Of a stretch of 64,000 nt of DNA, positions 36,052 to 47,494 are shown piece by piece. Made by a program: the position numbers and the translations under genes. This DNA comes from Felis catus (lineage: Eukaryota), in assembly GCF_018350175.1 (NCBI RefSeq), contig NC_058369.1, positions 10,480,001 to 10,544,000 of the forward strand, in the 5' to 3' direction. Numbering within the stretch: position 1 is the first letter of the stretch; every line of letters starts with the position of its first letter. The notes beneath the pieces were generated by a model. That model searched no databases. It was given only the letters and a program-made list of their open reading frames with translations, and was not told the DNA's origin.

Positions 36052-39000
36052 AACATTAGTCAGCATAAAAAAAGAATGAAATCTTGCCATTTGCAATGAG
36101 GTAGATGGAGCTAGAGTGTACTATCCTAAGCAAAATAAATCAGTCAGAGAAAGACAAATACCATCTGGTTTCACTCATAGGTGGAACTTAAGAAACAAAA
36201 CAGATGTTCATAGGGGAAAAAAAGAGAGAGGCAAACCAAGAAACAGACCCTTAACTATAAAGAACAAACTGGTGGTTACCAGAGGGGAGGTGGGGGAGGG
36301 GATGGGTGAAATAGGTGATGAGGGTTTAGGAAGGCACTTGTGATGAGCACCAGACATTGTATGGAAGTGTTGAATAACTAAATGGTACACCTGAAACTAA
36401 CATATGTAGGTTAAATAACTGGAATGTAACTGGAATGTAAATAAAAGCTTTAAAAAATGGGCAAAAGACTTGAATAGGCATTTCTCTAGAGAAGATATAT
36501 AAAAAGCTTTAAAAAATGGGCAAAAGACTTGAATAGGCATTTCTCTAGAGAAGATATATAAAAAGCTTTAAAAAATGGGCAAAAGACTTGAATAGGCATT
36601 TCTCTAGAGAAGATATATAAAAAGCTTTAAAAAATGGGCAAAAGACTTGAATAGGCATTTCTCTAGAGAAGATATATAAAAAGCTTTAAAAAATGGGCAA
36701 AAGACTTGAATAGGCATTTCTCTAGAGAAGATATATAAAATGCCAGTAAGTACATGAAAATATCCTTAACATCATTAGTTATTAGGTAAGTGAAAATGAA
36801 AACCAGAATGAAATACCGTTTCGCACCTGCTAGGATGGCTATAATATCACCTGCCCTCCCAAACAGCAAGTGTTTGCAATGATGTGGAGAAATTAGAATG
36901 CTTATTCATTGCTGGAGGGAACGTAAATGGTCCAGCCCCTTTGGAATGCAGCCTGGAAATTTCTCAAAATATTAAATGTAGAGTTACTAGATGACCCAGC
37001 AATGCCACCGTCAGATATCTACCCCAAAGAAAGGAAAACATACGTTCGCACGATTTGTCTGTGAGTGTTAATTCATAATAGCCTCAAAGCAGAAAACCTG
37101 AATGTCCATCAACTTATAGAAAGATAAATAAAATGTACATAACCTTATGAAGGCATGCCATTTGTCAATCAAATGGAATGAAATACTGATATAAGCTACA
37201 ACATGGCTGAACTTCAAGATGTATGCTGAGTGAAAGAATCCAATAACGTAAGGTCATAGATTGTATGATTCCATTTATATGAAATGTCCAGAACAGGCGA
37301 TCCATAGACACAGAAAGCAGGTTGGTGGCTGCCAGGGGCTGGGGGTTGCGGGGAATGTGGAGTGACTGCTCATGCATATGGGGTTTCTTTTTGGTGTGAT
37401 GAAAATGTCTAAGATTATTTCATGGTAATGGTTGCACACCTTTGTGAATATGCCCAAACCATTGAATTATACCCTTCAAATGGGTGAATTTATGTTGGGT
37501 AAATTACATCTCAGTAACACTGTTGAAAAACACCTGATTGAGGTAAGTCTTCCTGGTAATTGGCATCTACATCTGGTGAAATTAGTCTGGAAATGCTTTC
37601 TTTGAGCTCCAGATAAAACCATGAATAAAATGATTGCAATTCTTTCCAAATGCATGCAAAAGGAGTCCACAAAGATGGAAAGATATTAAACAATGACCAG
37701 GCTATTTGAGGATGCAGGAATCAGAATCAAATATTTGTGGCCAGCTTTTAATTCTCTTTGCCATCTCCTGGGTAGTATGGATGCTGAAAAATCTGGGAAA
37801 AACTGCATAGAAATAAGCATGCGTTTCAACAACGAAACCGTTGGTACAATGTTATTTAAGGTTATACTTAAAATTAGATCAGATAATATGTAATTTTCAA
37901 CTTTTCAAGATTAAGTGCATTTTCTGCATTTCCAGGTAGTGTTGAGTTTATTTTTGAATACCTTATTTTTATGAACCTCATTGCTGCAATTTTCTGTTGT
38001 AATTATATAAACGATGTAATGATAGACTTACTGATATTTGTATATGCTTCTTTTTACTTATCCTTTTAAAAAAATCTGAAACTTTTGTGCTTAAAACAAA
38101 TAAAAGACTGAGTTCTACAGGAGCTTATTTTATGATAGGAGAATATTTTCTGAATTATTTTAAATAAAATACTGAGATGTGAGTGTGGCCACTTGGCTCC
38201 AGTGGGACAGTCTCTAGGAAGAGGGGAGAGTGAGAAGGTGAACAGAAGGAGCAGGAGCCTGAAGCATACTCAGATATTTACCTGTGCCTGCAGGAGCATG
38301 CGCAGTCAGTGGCCCATTGGGCAGCAACTTGCTCAACACTCTCAGGACATCCTCCAGGCCAACGAGCAGGTGAGTGGCCACACAGTGCTGCTCTGAGGGG
38401 GCCAAGGTCTCCAGGTCCCCTGGGGTCTCCAGCAGCTCATCTACTTCCTGCATGAGGTCCTGGGGGATGGGACAAAGAGCCAGTGGGCAATGGATCAAAT
38501 GGGTTGCATGAAGACCTGGCCATTCAGCCCAAGAGAACGGACCCTAGACATTGGGTATTTGGAGGGTAACAATGGCACTGAATTAGATTCCTTGGATGGT
38601 CCTTGTTGCTTAGATCTCAGCCACTTAGAGGTCAACCTGGGTCAGAAAGGCCAAGGATGACATAAGCCCAAAGCCCAGAACCAGCCAATAGGGAAATAAA
38701 TTAGTCCACCTGGGTGTCTTTAAAAGTGCTTCTAGATAGCCTTCTCTCCACCATGGGTGAGGGACCAGTTGCAGTGCCAACTACATAGGAGCTTGTCTAC
38801 ATCTCTACCAAAGTGACCCAGGTCTCTATGGGATTCCCACACCTGGCCTCTTTCCTGGTTCTGACTTTACCTGGATGGTGTTCTTGGCCAAAGCTGGCTT
38901 GAAGTCTTGGGATAACTGCTGGACCTTGTCAAAGAAGCGGGAGAGACTCTGGGGAAAGGGGACATGGGGGCAGGTCAGAGAGCCTGAAGTGGGAGTTTGG

Positions 39001-42000
39001 GGAGAGGGTGGACACAAGATGGTTGCTGAAGATCTTTCTGCTTCTAGTCTTCTGCTGAGGCTCCACTCACCTGGCTGTTGACTCCAGAAGGTGATGTCCA
39101 TGAGGGGAAGTGGACGTCTGCAGGGAAAAGAGGCAGAAGCACCACTAATGTGTGTGTGTGTGTGCCTGCATATACATGCGGAATGCATGTATGTGCATGG
39201 TTTCTGTTTTGTGAAGGCATGTGTTCACACGGATGTTCATGTGCAAGAGTGTGTGCGCACACACATGCACATGCATCTGTGTGTATGCATGTGTGTATGT
39301 TGGACTATATACCTTCACAGATGGTGAAGTTCAGACCATGTAGAGGCCTGGATCTGGCCACCCAGTCATGGTGACAGTAGCATTTGTAGCTGCCCTTCAC
39401 ATTGATGCAGTGGGTGGTGTTGTGGCATTGGTGTTTTCCGGAGCTGCATTCGTCCACATCTAGAGACACAAAAGAGAAGGATCAGTCCCCTGTCCAGGCC
39501 TTGATAAGGCCTCTCCTATACTCAGTAAGTCCAGCCTTACTACCTTCCATCATCTTTTTCAAGGTCAGGCATCGAAGATTCCATCATAACTTCAATGGAC
39601 GGATACCATCTGGTGATAGCACTCTCTACTCAACCACCACCTCAGACAGAGCAGGGGTTGGCAAACCATGGCCCACAGACAAATCCAGCTGTTGCCTATT
39701 TCTGTAAAGGATTTTTTTAAGTGGCTAGGAAAAAAAAATCAAAGGAAGAGCTGTCTTTTTTGACCCATGAAAATTATATGAAATTAAAATTTTAGTATCC
39801 ATACATAAAATTTTATTGGAATGTAGCCACTCCTATTCATTTATGTGTTGTCTGTCTGCTTTCACACTATAATGGCAGAGTTAAGTAGTTGTGATAGGGA
39901 CCTTGTGGCCCAAAAAAACTCAAGATACTTATGATGTGGCCCTTCGCATAAGGAGTTGGCTGGCCTCTACATTCAAGCACGGTTGCCAAGATGAGAACTT
40001 TGTGTGTGTATGTGTGATATTCAGATCAGAGCTGCTTGTGGATGGTGAGTGTGGTAGAGAGAATAATGGCTCCTTCAAAGACATCCAAGTCCTTATTCCT
40101 GGAGCCTATGATTATGTTATCTTTCATCCAAAAGAAAATTTTGAACATGGTGATTAAGTCTCTTGTTGGGGGATTATCCTGATGATATGGGTGCAGTTAA
40201 TATAATCACAAAGATTCTTATAAAAGGGAAGGAGAAGGTCAGAGAGGAGAGGAGATGATACATATGATGTTGACTTTGAAGAGGGGAAAAAGGAGCCTTG
40301 AACCAAGGAATGAAGGCATTTTCCAGAAGCCAGAAAAGGCAAGGAAACAGATTCTCCCCTAGAGCTTCTAGAAGGAACCACTTAAAACTTCTAACCTTCA
40401 ACAAATTAAGAGAATATATTATACTGTTTTAAACTACTAAGTTTGTTATATTAGTAATAAGAAATTAATACAGTGATTCACCCAGGAGCCTGGGAATCGC
40501 TTCCAGCCAAGTGATGTTGGTATCTGCCCTTCGCGTTGCTGCAGGAGTCTGATGGGTAATCAGGAGGTATGCGTAGTCAGCTCAAAAAGCCTCTAACCCC
40601 ACTGGCTAATGCCACCCCTCACTTTTCTGTGGCGCCAGCTCTACCCTTCAGGGCTCTGGGTGTACACACACCTCAGCATTGCCTAAACTTGTTGGGTGGG
40701 TGGTAGACCTATTCTAAATGCCACACCCAGAAGGAACTTGCTTTGGCCCCAGAATATCTCAGGCATCCCTGCTATCTCCCCACCCAAGGGAAGTTCCTTC
40801 TCAGAGCAGTTTGTGGTTGAAAAATGAGGAAGGCATGTGATTGTGGTCACAGCATTGAGTAAATGTGACTGTCCTCAAATCAACTTGGCTGTAAACTTAT
40901 CTTTCCGTCTTTTCTAATTAGGAGAGAAATTTGATCCTCTTTTGTTAACTTAGAAACCAGGAGAGTGGAGCTAGGACAGTACTTGATACAGCTTTTTCTG
41001 TTTGTAACCTAGACAGTGGGGTAGGAGATGCTTCTCTCAATTTAAGGTCAGAGATTTTTCTACTTTAGGGATGGTGAGTAGCTTACAAACAGCATCATGC
41101 TCCCAGTAAGGCTGAGGTTTAAAAGTGATCCCATTTCATGTAAAAATTTTTTAATTACATATTTTTTTTGAGAAAGAATGAGAAACAGATCACCTATGAG
41201 AATGAGTGAGTGGGGGAGGAGCAGAGAAAGACAGAATTTTAAGCAGGTTCCATGCCCAGCACAGAGCCTGATGCGGGGCTTGATCTCACTATTGTGAGAT
41301 TGTGACCTGAGCCTAAATCAAGAGCTGGACACTTTAACTTTACCCAGGTGCCCTGAAAATTGAACCATTTCAGAGCAAATACATTGCTGTCACATTTTAC
41401 TATGAAATGATTTGAATCATTGAATATTAAATTCAACGTTGAATTTAGTTTACTTTTCTCTTTGTGGATACTAAACATCCCTTGTCTCTTAGTCATTTCT
41501 GATACTTTCAAACATGGGTCCAACAACTGTGTAAATACAAAATGGCCAGTGTGAAAATTAATAATGGATTGAAAAGTCCTCAGTTAATATAAGTCTACGA
41601 AGCTTTTCTTAAAAGTGTATTTTACACAGTTTTATAAGATAAACAACTTAATATTCAGGTTTAAAAAAAAAGTTAAAAAAAAAAAAACTTAATCTCTTCA
41701 AGGGCAGATAAGGAAACCAAGACCAGAGATTGTAAAAACTTAGCCAAAATCAAGGCCAAGTGACAAGACCAAGGTGTGACCACAGCTCACACCTTGTGTG
41801 ATGATGAACTCTTTCCAGTTTTTCACTTACGTGTTATTTCCAGAACGCCTTCTATGTGCTAGGCACTGGGGTACAGTGGTGAGAAACACATTGTTTTCCC
41901 AAGACGTGGATGGTTTGCCAAGAGTGACTATTGACTTATATTGTATTTGTATGTTGATCTGTCTGCTTACTGGAGTAAAAACTCCAGGAGACACAGCCTG

Positions 42001-45000
42001 TGCTTTATTTAGTGTTGGAGTCACAGTGCTTGGCATAGAGCTCAGAGCAATGGTAGGCAATCAAATCACACCGATGATGAAATTATTGTCTAAATACTAC
42101 CACAAAGTAGTATTTACTTTTTGGACTACTGTTTGAAAAGTTTTAAGATGAAAATATATGTATGGAACCATGCTTGAAATTAAGAAAAAGGAAGATAGGG
42201 GACAAACAAAGCCATTGGCATACTATAAGTACCATCCCGTGGCATATTTTTCTATTTAAAACAACTTGGGAAGAATTCTAGTTTATCAAGAGATATCTCG
42301 TTTAGCTCTATTTTTAATCATTCCAATTGGAAACAACCCAAATGGGTGAATGGATAAACCAATTCTATACAATAGAATATTACTTAGCAATAAAAAGGAA
42401 TGAACTAGTCATCATAATTAACATTGGAACTCTGAAGAAATATCTATATCTGAGCTCCATGCCAGGAGTGGTTCAGAACATCTCAGGTAGGGAGGGATCC
42501 CAGGCATCTCTGTTTTTTAAAAAAAAAATTTTTTTAATGTTTATTTTTGACACAGAGAGAGACAGAGCATGAGTGGGGGAGGGGAAGAGACAGAGAGGGT
42601 GACACAGAATCCGAAGCAGGCTCCAGGCTCTGAGCTGTCAGCACAGAGCCCAACGCGGGGCTTGAACTCACAGACTGCGATATCATGACCTGAGCCCAAG
42701 TCGGACACTCAACCGACTGAGCCACCCAGGCGCCCTGGAATCTCTATTTTTTAAAATACAGGGTGATTCTAACAGAATCCAGAAATGAAAGTTACTATAC
42801 GCATCCCTTTAAAACAATGATCTGTGGAGGTGCCTGGGTGTCTCAGTCGGTTAAGCGTCCAACTTCAGCTCAGGTAATAATCTCGCAGTTCATGAGTTTG
42901 AGCCCCACATCGGGCTCTGGGCTGACAGCTCAGAGTCTGGAGCCTGCTTCAGTTTCTGTGTCTCCCTCTCTCTCTGCCCTACCCCCACTTGCGCTCCGTC
43001 TCTCAAAAATGAATAAATGTTAAAAAAATGAAAAAATAATAAAACGACGATCTGTGGACGAACCTGTGACATGTGAATCTAGAAGTAACTTTACGCAGTT
43101 GTATTATTAGCCAAACTCAAGATCTGGATAAATAGATCCAGATAAAAGAAAACAGTCATTGTAAATGCAAAATAACTGTAGCCAATTTTCTTTCTGGAAA
43201 ATAGACGTATCAAAAGCGGGGGGGGGGGGGGGAAGGAATGAGCTATTGATACACAAAACAATATGGATAAACCTCCAAAAACATTACACTGAGTAGATGA
43301 AATCTGACTTACAAGGCTACATATTGTATTACTGCATTGATATGACATTTTCAAAAGACAGTGCTGCAGGTAGAAAAAATATCTGTATATGAGGGGTTGC
43401 CAGGGCAGGTGGCGTAGTGCCTATAATGAAACAGGATGAAGGAATGTTTTGGAATAATGTAATTAATTGTTTTGGATCCTGAATGTAGTGGTGGTAACCC
43501 AGATCTGTACTTATGTTAAAATTCATAGAACTGTCCACCAAAAAGAAAAACAAGTTGATAAAAAAGGGCTCCGAAGCTTATTATTGTATGGCTATCCTGT
43601 AATATGTGAAACTCTTCTCCATTAATGGAAGTCATCCGTTTCCAAGCCTTAACTATTGTATACAATGTTGCAATAAAGAATTTTCTAGATATACCTTCAC
43701 AGGGCATTGTAAGTCTGGACAAGTACAAGAAATGGGAGGAAGGAGCCCATGAGAGACCCAAGAGTGCTCTCTTCTGGACTCTCAGACCTATGGAATAATT
43801 GACAGGATGAGGTTGGTCATGGGCATGGGGGAAATGTGTGACACAGAAGCCACTTACCTTGACAAGTGTTCTCTTTCTCGCTTTGGAATTTGGTGCCTCC
43901 TGAAAGGAGCTCGTGCCCAGGGGCACACTCACAGTAGTAACTCCCCTCCACGTTGTGACAATGTGCAAGGCTTCCACAAGACATGTATATAGGTGGGCCA
44001 CACTCGTTGATATCTGGAACATAAGTGAGAACTTCTAACAACGTCAAAAATTCTGGTAGGATAGGTAGCAACCAGATTCAGATGATTTGACCCCTTGCAT
44101 TTTCTTTCTGAACAAAATAACGTGTTTATGGGAGAAAACTGGGAAATCAGAAAACTCCAATGACATTTAAATATCCCACCACCGAGACTGCAACAGTTTT
44201 TTAAAAATGGAGAACAGTATAATAAATCCACATGTATCTGTCACCCACCATTACTGATTATGAAAAGAACACTATTACATTTTCATCAATTTCCTGTGGA
44301 CTCAGAACACAGCTTTTGGAATATACAAATTCTTCCAGGGTTTTAGAATATTTTATGCCTACTTTTCCACATCAAAACAAGAAATAATTTTAATGCCTAT
44401 AGATGTTCTATAGTAGGGATATTTCATATTTTATCCAACTCTTGACCAACTGGACAGATATCAGAATGCAACAGTTTGAACCATGGGCCCAGCTTCTTCC
44501 TCTTCCTTTGGACAAATGGTTTCACCTCTCAAGGCTCAGTTTCCTCATTTATAAAATGGTGCCAACATTGACTTTCTCAAGGGGCTGATTTGAACTTCTT
44601 CAGGGACGGTGTTTCTTTGAGAGATTTGTGGAATTCAAATTAACCCTATCTGAATTCCAGCTCTATGACCATCTGTGTGAGTGTGAACAAAGCACGTCTC
44701 AAAGTCTCAGCTTCCTTATCTACAAATCAGAAGTAATAACAGTATCCATTCATCTGGTTATTATGTAGTTCAAATTAATTTTAATTTCGGAAATAGTGCT
44801 TTACAAATGGCAAATGGCCATCCGGCTTGAGGTTGCATGTGGATATTTTTGGATGGAGGAACTGAGATTATGGCTTATAGGGAGTTCCTGGCAAGTTAGC
44901 TCTAGGGTTGGTGGAACATTCAGAATCTCTGTTGGCTGCATGGTCCTTCCTGACCTCCTTCTTCAACAGGCTGCTTCTGTCTTTGACCAATTAACAGCCA

Positions 45001-47494
45001 ACAACAACCACAACAGCAAGTGTATTGGCTTCTTCTCAAGTGCAATGCATTGTTCTAAGTGTTTGACATGTGTTAATTTATCATTTACGTATTTTTTTCT
45101 TGAGGTGATATTCACATACCAAAACCAACTGTTTTGAAGTGAACAATTCACTGGCATGTATTGCATTCACAATGTTGTGCAACCACTCCCTCTCTCTAGT
45201 TCCAGAATATTTTTATGACACCAAAAGAAAACCCCTTTAGGTAAAGGGGATTAATAGTACAGTTCTCATGATGAGCACTGAATAATGATATATAGACTTG
45301 TTGAATCACTAAGTTGTACACCTGAAACTAATATCACACTGTTAACTATGATGGGATTAAAATAAAAAAAATTAAAAGTAAAGAACTCCCTTTCCCATTT
45401 AAGTGGTCACTACCCATTCTTCCTGCCCCCAGCACCCGACAACCACAAATTTGCTTTCTGTCTCTATGGATTCCATTTATATATTGATTTAAATTTTTTT
45501 CAACGTTTTTTATTTATTTTTGGGACAGAGAAACAGAGCATGAACAGGGGAGGGGCAGAGAGAGAGGGAGACACAGCATCGGAAACAGGCTCCAGGCTCC
45601 GAGCCATCAGCCCAGAGCCTGACGCGGGGCTCGAACTCACGGACCGCGAGATCGTGACCTGGCTGAAGTCGGACGCTTAACCGACTGCGCCACCCAGGCG
45701 GCCCTATATGTTGATTTAAAACACGTAACTAAATGGGTTGATATTATCATTGTCCCTGATTTACAGAGAAGGAAATTGAGGCCCTGCTTGGTCTTGCACA
45801 GCTGATCGGTAAAAAATCTGGAATTCAGATAGTCCAGCTCCAAATCCTCAGCTTTTAACACTGTACTCCTTGACCATGAGGCGTGATTGCCTGTCTCTTG
45901 GCTTCTCTTTCCTGCCCTGGACAATGAAATCAAGTGCTGCTTCAAGGGCTGAGGAGTCTGTGATGACTCCTTTAAGGACCCCCTCTGTGATGACCCCCTC
46001 TACGATCTCTCAGTCTCTTTACCTGTACAGACCTCCGAGGAGGTGCTAAAGATGACCTTTCCAGAGAGTGAAGTGAATCCAGGATCACAGCGGCAGGAGC
46101 TGGCATTGGTACAGTGGGCATTCCGTGGGCACCGAGCACAGGGAGCTGTGGGGGAATGGACATATGGGTTTGAAGGCTCTCAGAAGATGCCAACTCCCAG
46201 TGGGGCATAAGGAGATGGAGGGAGGAGAAGAAAGCAATGCTTGTTTTCATACAAGGAATTGTCCTTGGTAATGGACTGGAAGTCTGGGGGAGAAGCAGGG
46301 TCAACTTCTCAAAGCCTAAGAAGAGCACTCCCGAGAAAAAGCCCTTGCTAGTGCAACGTCCCTTCCCTCAGCTTCAGGTAATGGGTAGAGTCTGTTTGAG
46401 CACACTCACCTCCATTCTTGTGGGCAATAGCTCCCAATGGTATTAGCAGGACACAGAGCCCTAGAACACAGAAAGAAGGTAAATATGGCTGAGGAATGAA
46501 ATCCAAACCTCCCACACAAATAGGTGCTACAACCTGGTTAAGGTGACTCTCCCCTATTGCCCCATGGCTTCTAAAGCATCCCAGTGTTTCCTTCTGGACA
46601 GGTTCCTAGACTTTCCCACAGGACCTAGGGGGTGCATGTTTTCCCTTTTATCTTCCAGAAGGCTCCTGAGGAATTGGTAGCAGTAAATTTTTAGTATAGG
46701 AATCAAAATCTACACAAATGGAAAGTAACAGGCACACATATTAGAACATCAATTCCCATCAATTTTACGAGATACATCTTATGAGGAAATTTTCAGATCT
46801 GCCTGTCTTCATTCAGATATTAATATCTGTTCTTTATAGTCAGGATATTTCTTCTTTTGAAGTGGTTTGACATTTTCACTTCCAGGCTGGCCTGAGATTG
46901 CACCACTGTTCTTGGAGTTGATTGCAACTAAATTTGAATGAGTTCTGCCACTCTTTGGCTCTGTGACTTTGTGCAACTTGATCTAGATTAAAAAATTCTT
47001 TTTTCAGTTTAATAGAAAACTCTAAGTAGAAGAATAGTCAACTCAACCCGTGAGGATCAATCATCCTGCTCCAATCATCATCAACTTATGGTTACTTTTA
47101 TTTCGTCCACACCTCTACTCAGCCCCTGCCCCCACTGGATAACTTGGAGGCAAATTTCAGGCACCATATTATTTCACAGGATTTATTCTAAAAACAAAAC
47201 CATTTGCAGGTAATAATAACAAAAATATGTAGATCATAAATTGAGAAATACCCAAATAAGTCTCACATTTCCCCCTAGCTGCAAATTCAAACCACTTCCT
47301 TCTTTGAAAGATTAATAGAATTAAAAAGTGTCCTTTTTTGGGGTTATTATCTTCCCAGAGAATAATGCAAGAGCAAGCTATGAAGCAAGCAAAAGACAAA
47401 GAAGTTTTTCCAAAGGCATAGAGAACACTAAAGTGGTCTTAAGATTCTCACAATTCTACCTACCTGGATGAAATGCAAAGTATCTTCCCTTCAT
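27234..47494 (-). CDS. ADGRE2: Gene B: ADGRE2 (EMR2)-like adhesion GPCR, 17 coding exons reconstructed (730 aa, terminal exon unresolved)
   Basis: Exon lengths 31,51,123,156,147,47,78,178,108,221,180,195,236,67,92,169,111 sum to 2190 nt. All are GT-AG, phases are compatible and there is no stop. The GAIN and 7TM peptides closely match recalled human ADGRE2 ([40 protein letters not shown]). Which paralog this is remains uncertain. Confidence 0.9.
27430..27598 (-). CDS. ADGRE2: Gene B exon 16, TM6-TM7 ([10 protein letters not shown]...YCLLSQQ)
   Basis: 169 nt, canonical sites. Confidence 0.92.
28443..28534 (-). CDS. ADGRE2: Gene B exon 15 ([30 protein letters not shown])
   Basis: 92 nt, canonical sites. 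Confidence 0.9.
28953..29019 (-). CDS. ADGRE2: Gene B exon 14 ([22 protein letters not shown])
   Basis: 67 nt, CWL ECL2 motif, canonical sites. Confidence 0.9.
29312..29547 (-). CDS. ADGRE2: Gene B exon 13, TM3-TM4 ([15 protein letters not shown]...YGTPT)
   Basis: 236 nt, canonical sites. Confidence 0.92.
29836..30030 (-). CDS. ADGRE2: Gene B exon 12, TM1-TM2 ([12 protein letters not shown]...DQTKIK)
   Basis: 195 nt using the proximal AG of gag-cag, donor gtacta. Confidence 0.9.
30090..30790 (+). mobile_element. Old L1 3' fragment in gene B intron 11
   Basis: Degenerate L1 3' motifs. Confidence 0.6.
31610..32055 (-). mobile_element. Two nested or tandem Can-SINEs
   Basis: Outer TSD tagataaattttta. 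Confidence 0.85.
32174..32288 (+). repeat. 45-bp tandem repeat, about 2.6 copies
   Basis: gatctatacaa.atatcacaaaaaaa...ggaacaaacacaa recurs at 32174, 32219 and 32264. Confidence 0.85.
33717..33896 (-). CDS. ADGRE2: Gene B exon 11, GPS motif and tethered agonist ([25 protein letters not shown])
   Basis: 180 nt, complete GPS Cys/Trp pattern and HL|S cleavage site. Confidence 0.93.
34087..34307 (-). CDS. ADGRE2: Gene B exon 10, GAIN ([24 protein letters not shown]...FSHH)
   Basis: 221 nt, canonical sites. Confidence 0.92.
34495..34602 (-). CDS. ADGRE2: Gene B exon 9, GAIN ([26 protein letters not shown]...)
   Basis: 108 nt, tacag|...|gtaacg. Confidence 0.88.
35100..35568 (+). mobile_element. 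ERV solo LTR (469 bp), possibly class II (ERVK-like)
   Basis: TGTGGG...ACA termini, AATAAA at 35438-35443, perfect 6-bp TSD TAACTC (35094-35099 / 35569-35574). Confidence 0.8.
35880..37530 (+). mobile_element. Younger L1 3' end (about 35880-36450) abutting an older L1 3' fragment
   Basis: Two successive sets of L1 3' motifs. Confidence 0.7.
36443..36737 (+). repeat. Perfect 59-bp x5 minisatellite of L1 origin
   Basis: Unit aaaagctttaaaaaatgggcaaaagacttgaataggcatttctctagagaagatatata. Confidence 0.95.
38282..38459 (-). CDS. ADGRE2: Gene B exon 8, GAIN ([19 protein letters not shown]...PAGT)
   Basis: 178 nt, canonical sites, ADGRE2-like peptide. Confidence 0.9.
38871..38948 (-). CDS. ADGRE2: Gene B exon 7 ([26 protein letters not shown])
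   Basis: 78 nt, canonical sites. Matches human [10 protein letters not shown]. Confidence 0.9.
39071..39117 (-). CDS. ADGRE2: Gene B exon 6 ([16 protein letters not shown])
   Basis: 47 nt, tgcag|...|gtgagt. Matches human DMTFSTWTPPPGVHSQ. Confidence 0.88.
39313..39459 (-). CDS. ADGRE2: Gene B exon 5, Ca-binding EGF of EGF4/5 type ([29 protein letters not shown]...TICE)
   Basis: 6 Cys, 147 nt, ctctag|...|gtatat. Confidence 0.9.
39652..39969. mobile_element. MER58-like hAT DNA transposon fossil
   Basis: caggggttggcaaac..tggccc terminus and typical internal sequence. Confidence 0.65.
40050..40472 (+). mobile_element. MLT1-like MaLR solo LTR
   Basis: tgtggtag...aataatggctcc start, aaattaataca end, 5-bp TSD gtgag/gtgat. 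Confidence 0.75.
40478..40543 (-). pseudogene. Dead EGF4-type pseudoexon inside gene B intron 4
   Basis: TGCAGCAACGCGAAGGGCAGATACCAA is 22/27 identical to the CINVKGSYK codons of exon 5. It is frameshifted, and its tail continues across an LTR at about 40030-40044. Confidence 0.65.
42525..43040. mobile_element. Two oppositely oriented Can-SINEs (42525-42735 -, 42827-43040 +)
   Basis: SINE consensus on both strands, about 90 bp apart. Confidence 0.85.
43858..44013 (-). CDS. ADGRE2: Gene B exon 4, Ca-binding EGF2 ([14 protein letters not shown]...ENTCQ)
   Basis: DINEC and CxNxEGSY motifs, 156 nt, ccag|...|gtaagt. Confidence 0.92.
45490..45705 (-). mobile_element. Young feline Can-SINE
   Basis: CpG-intact consensus, TSD ttgatttaaa. 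Confidence 0.88.
46023..46145 (-). CDS. ADGRE2: Gene B exon 3, EGF1 ([40 protein letters not shown])
   Basis: 6 Cys, cag|...|gtaaag, 123 nt. Confidence 0.9.
46410..46460 (-). CDS. ADGRE2: Gene B exon 2 ([17 protein letters not shown]), hydrophobic signal peptide
   Basis: ttctag| ... G|gtgagt, 51 nt, phase 1-1. Confidence 0.85.
47464..47494 (-). CDS. ADGRE2: Gene B exon 1 ([11 protein letters not shown]), start of signal peptide
   Basis: accATG, 31 nt, phase 1, donor CAG|gtaggt. A paralogous exon lies at 14158-14185. Confidence 0.8.

Noticed and set aside
36443..36737. CRISPR-like regular repeat
   Set aside because: Units are contiguous and identical with no spacers, the sequence is L1-derived, and the context is mammalian.
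40550..43850. EGF3 exon expected in gene B intron 4
   Set aside because: I could not find a DVDEC..C..C pattern or remnant by eye. A profile search could still find a decayed copy.
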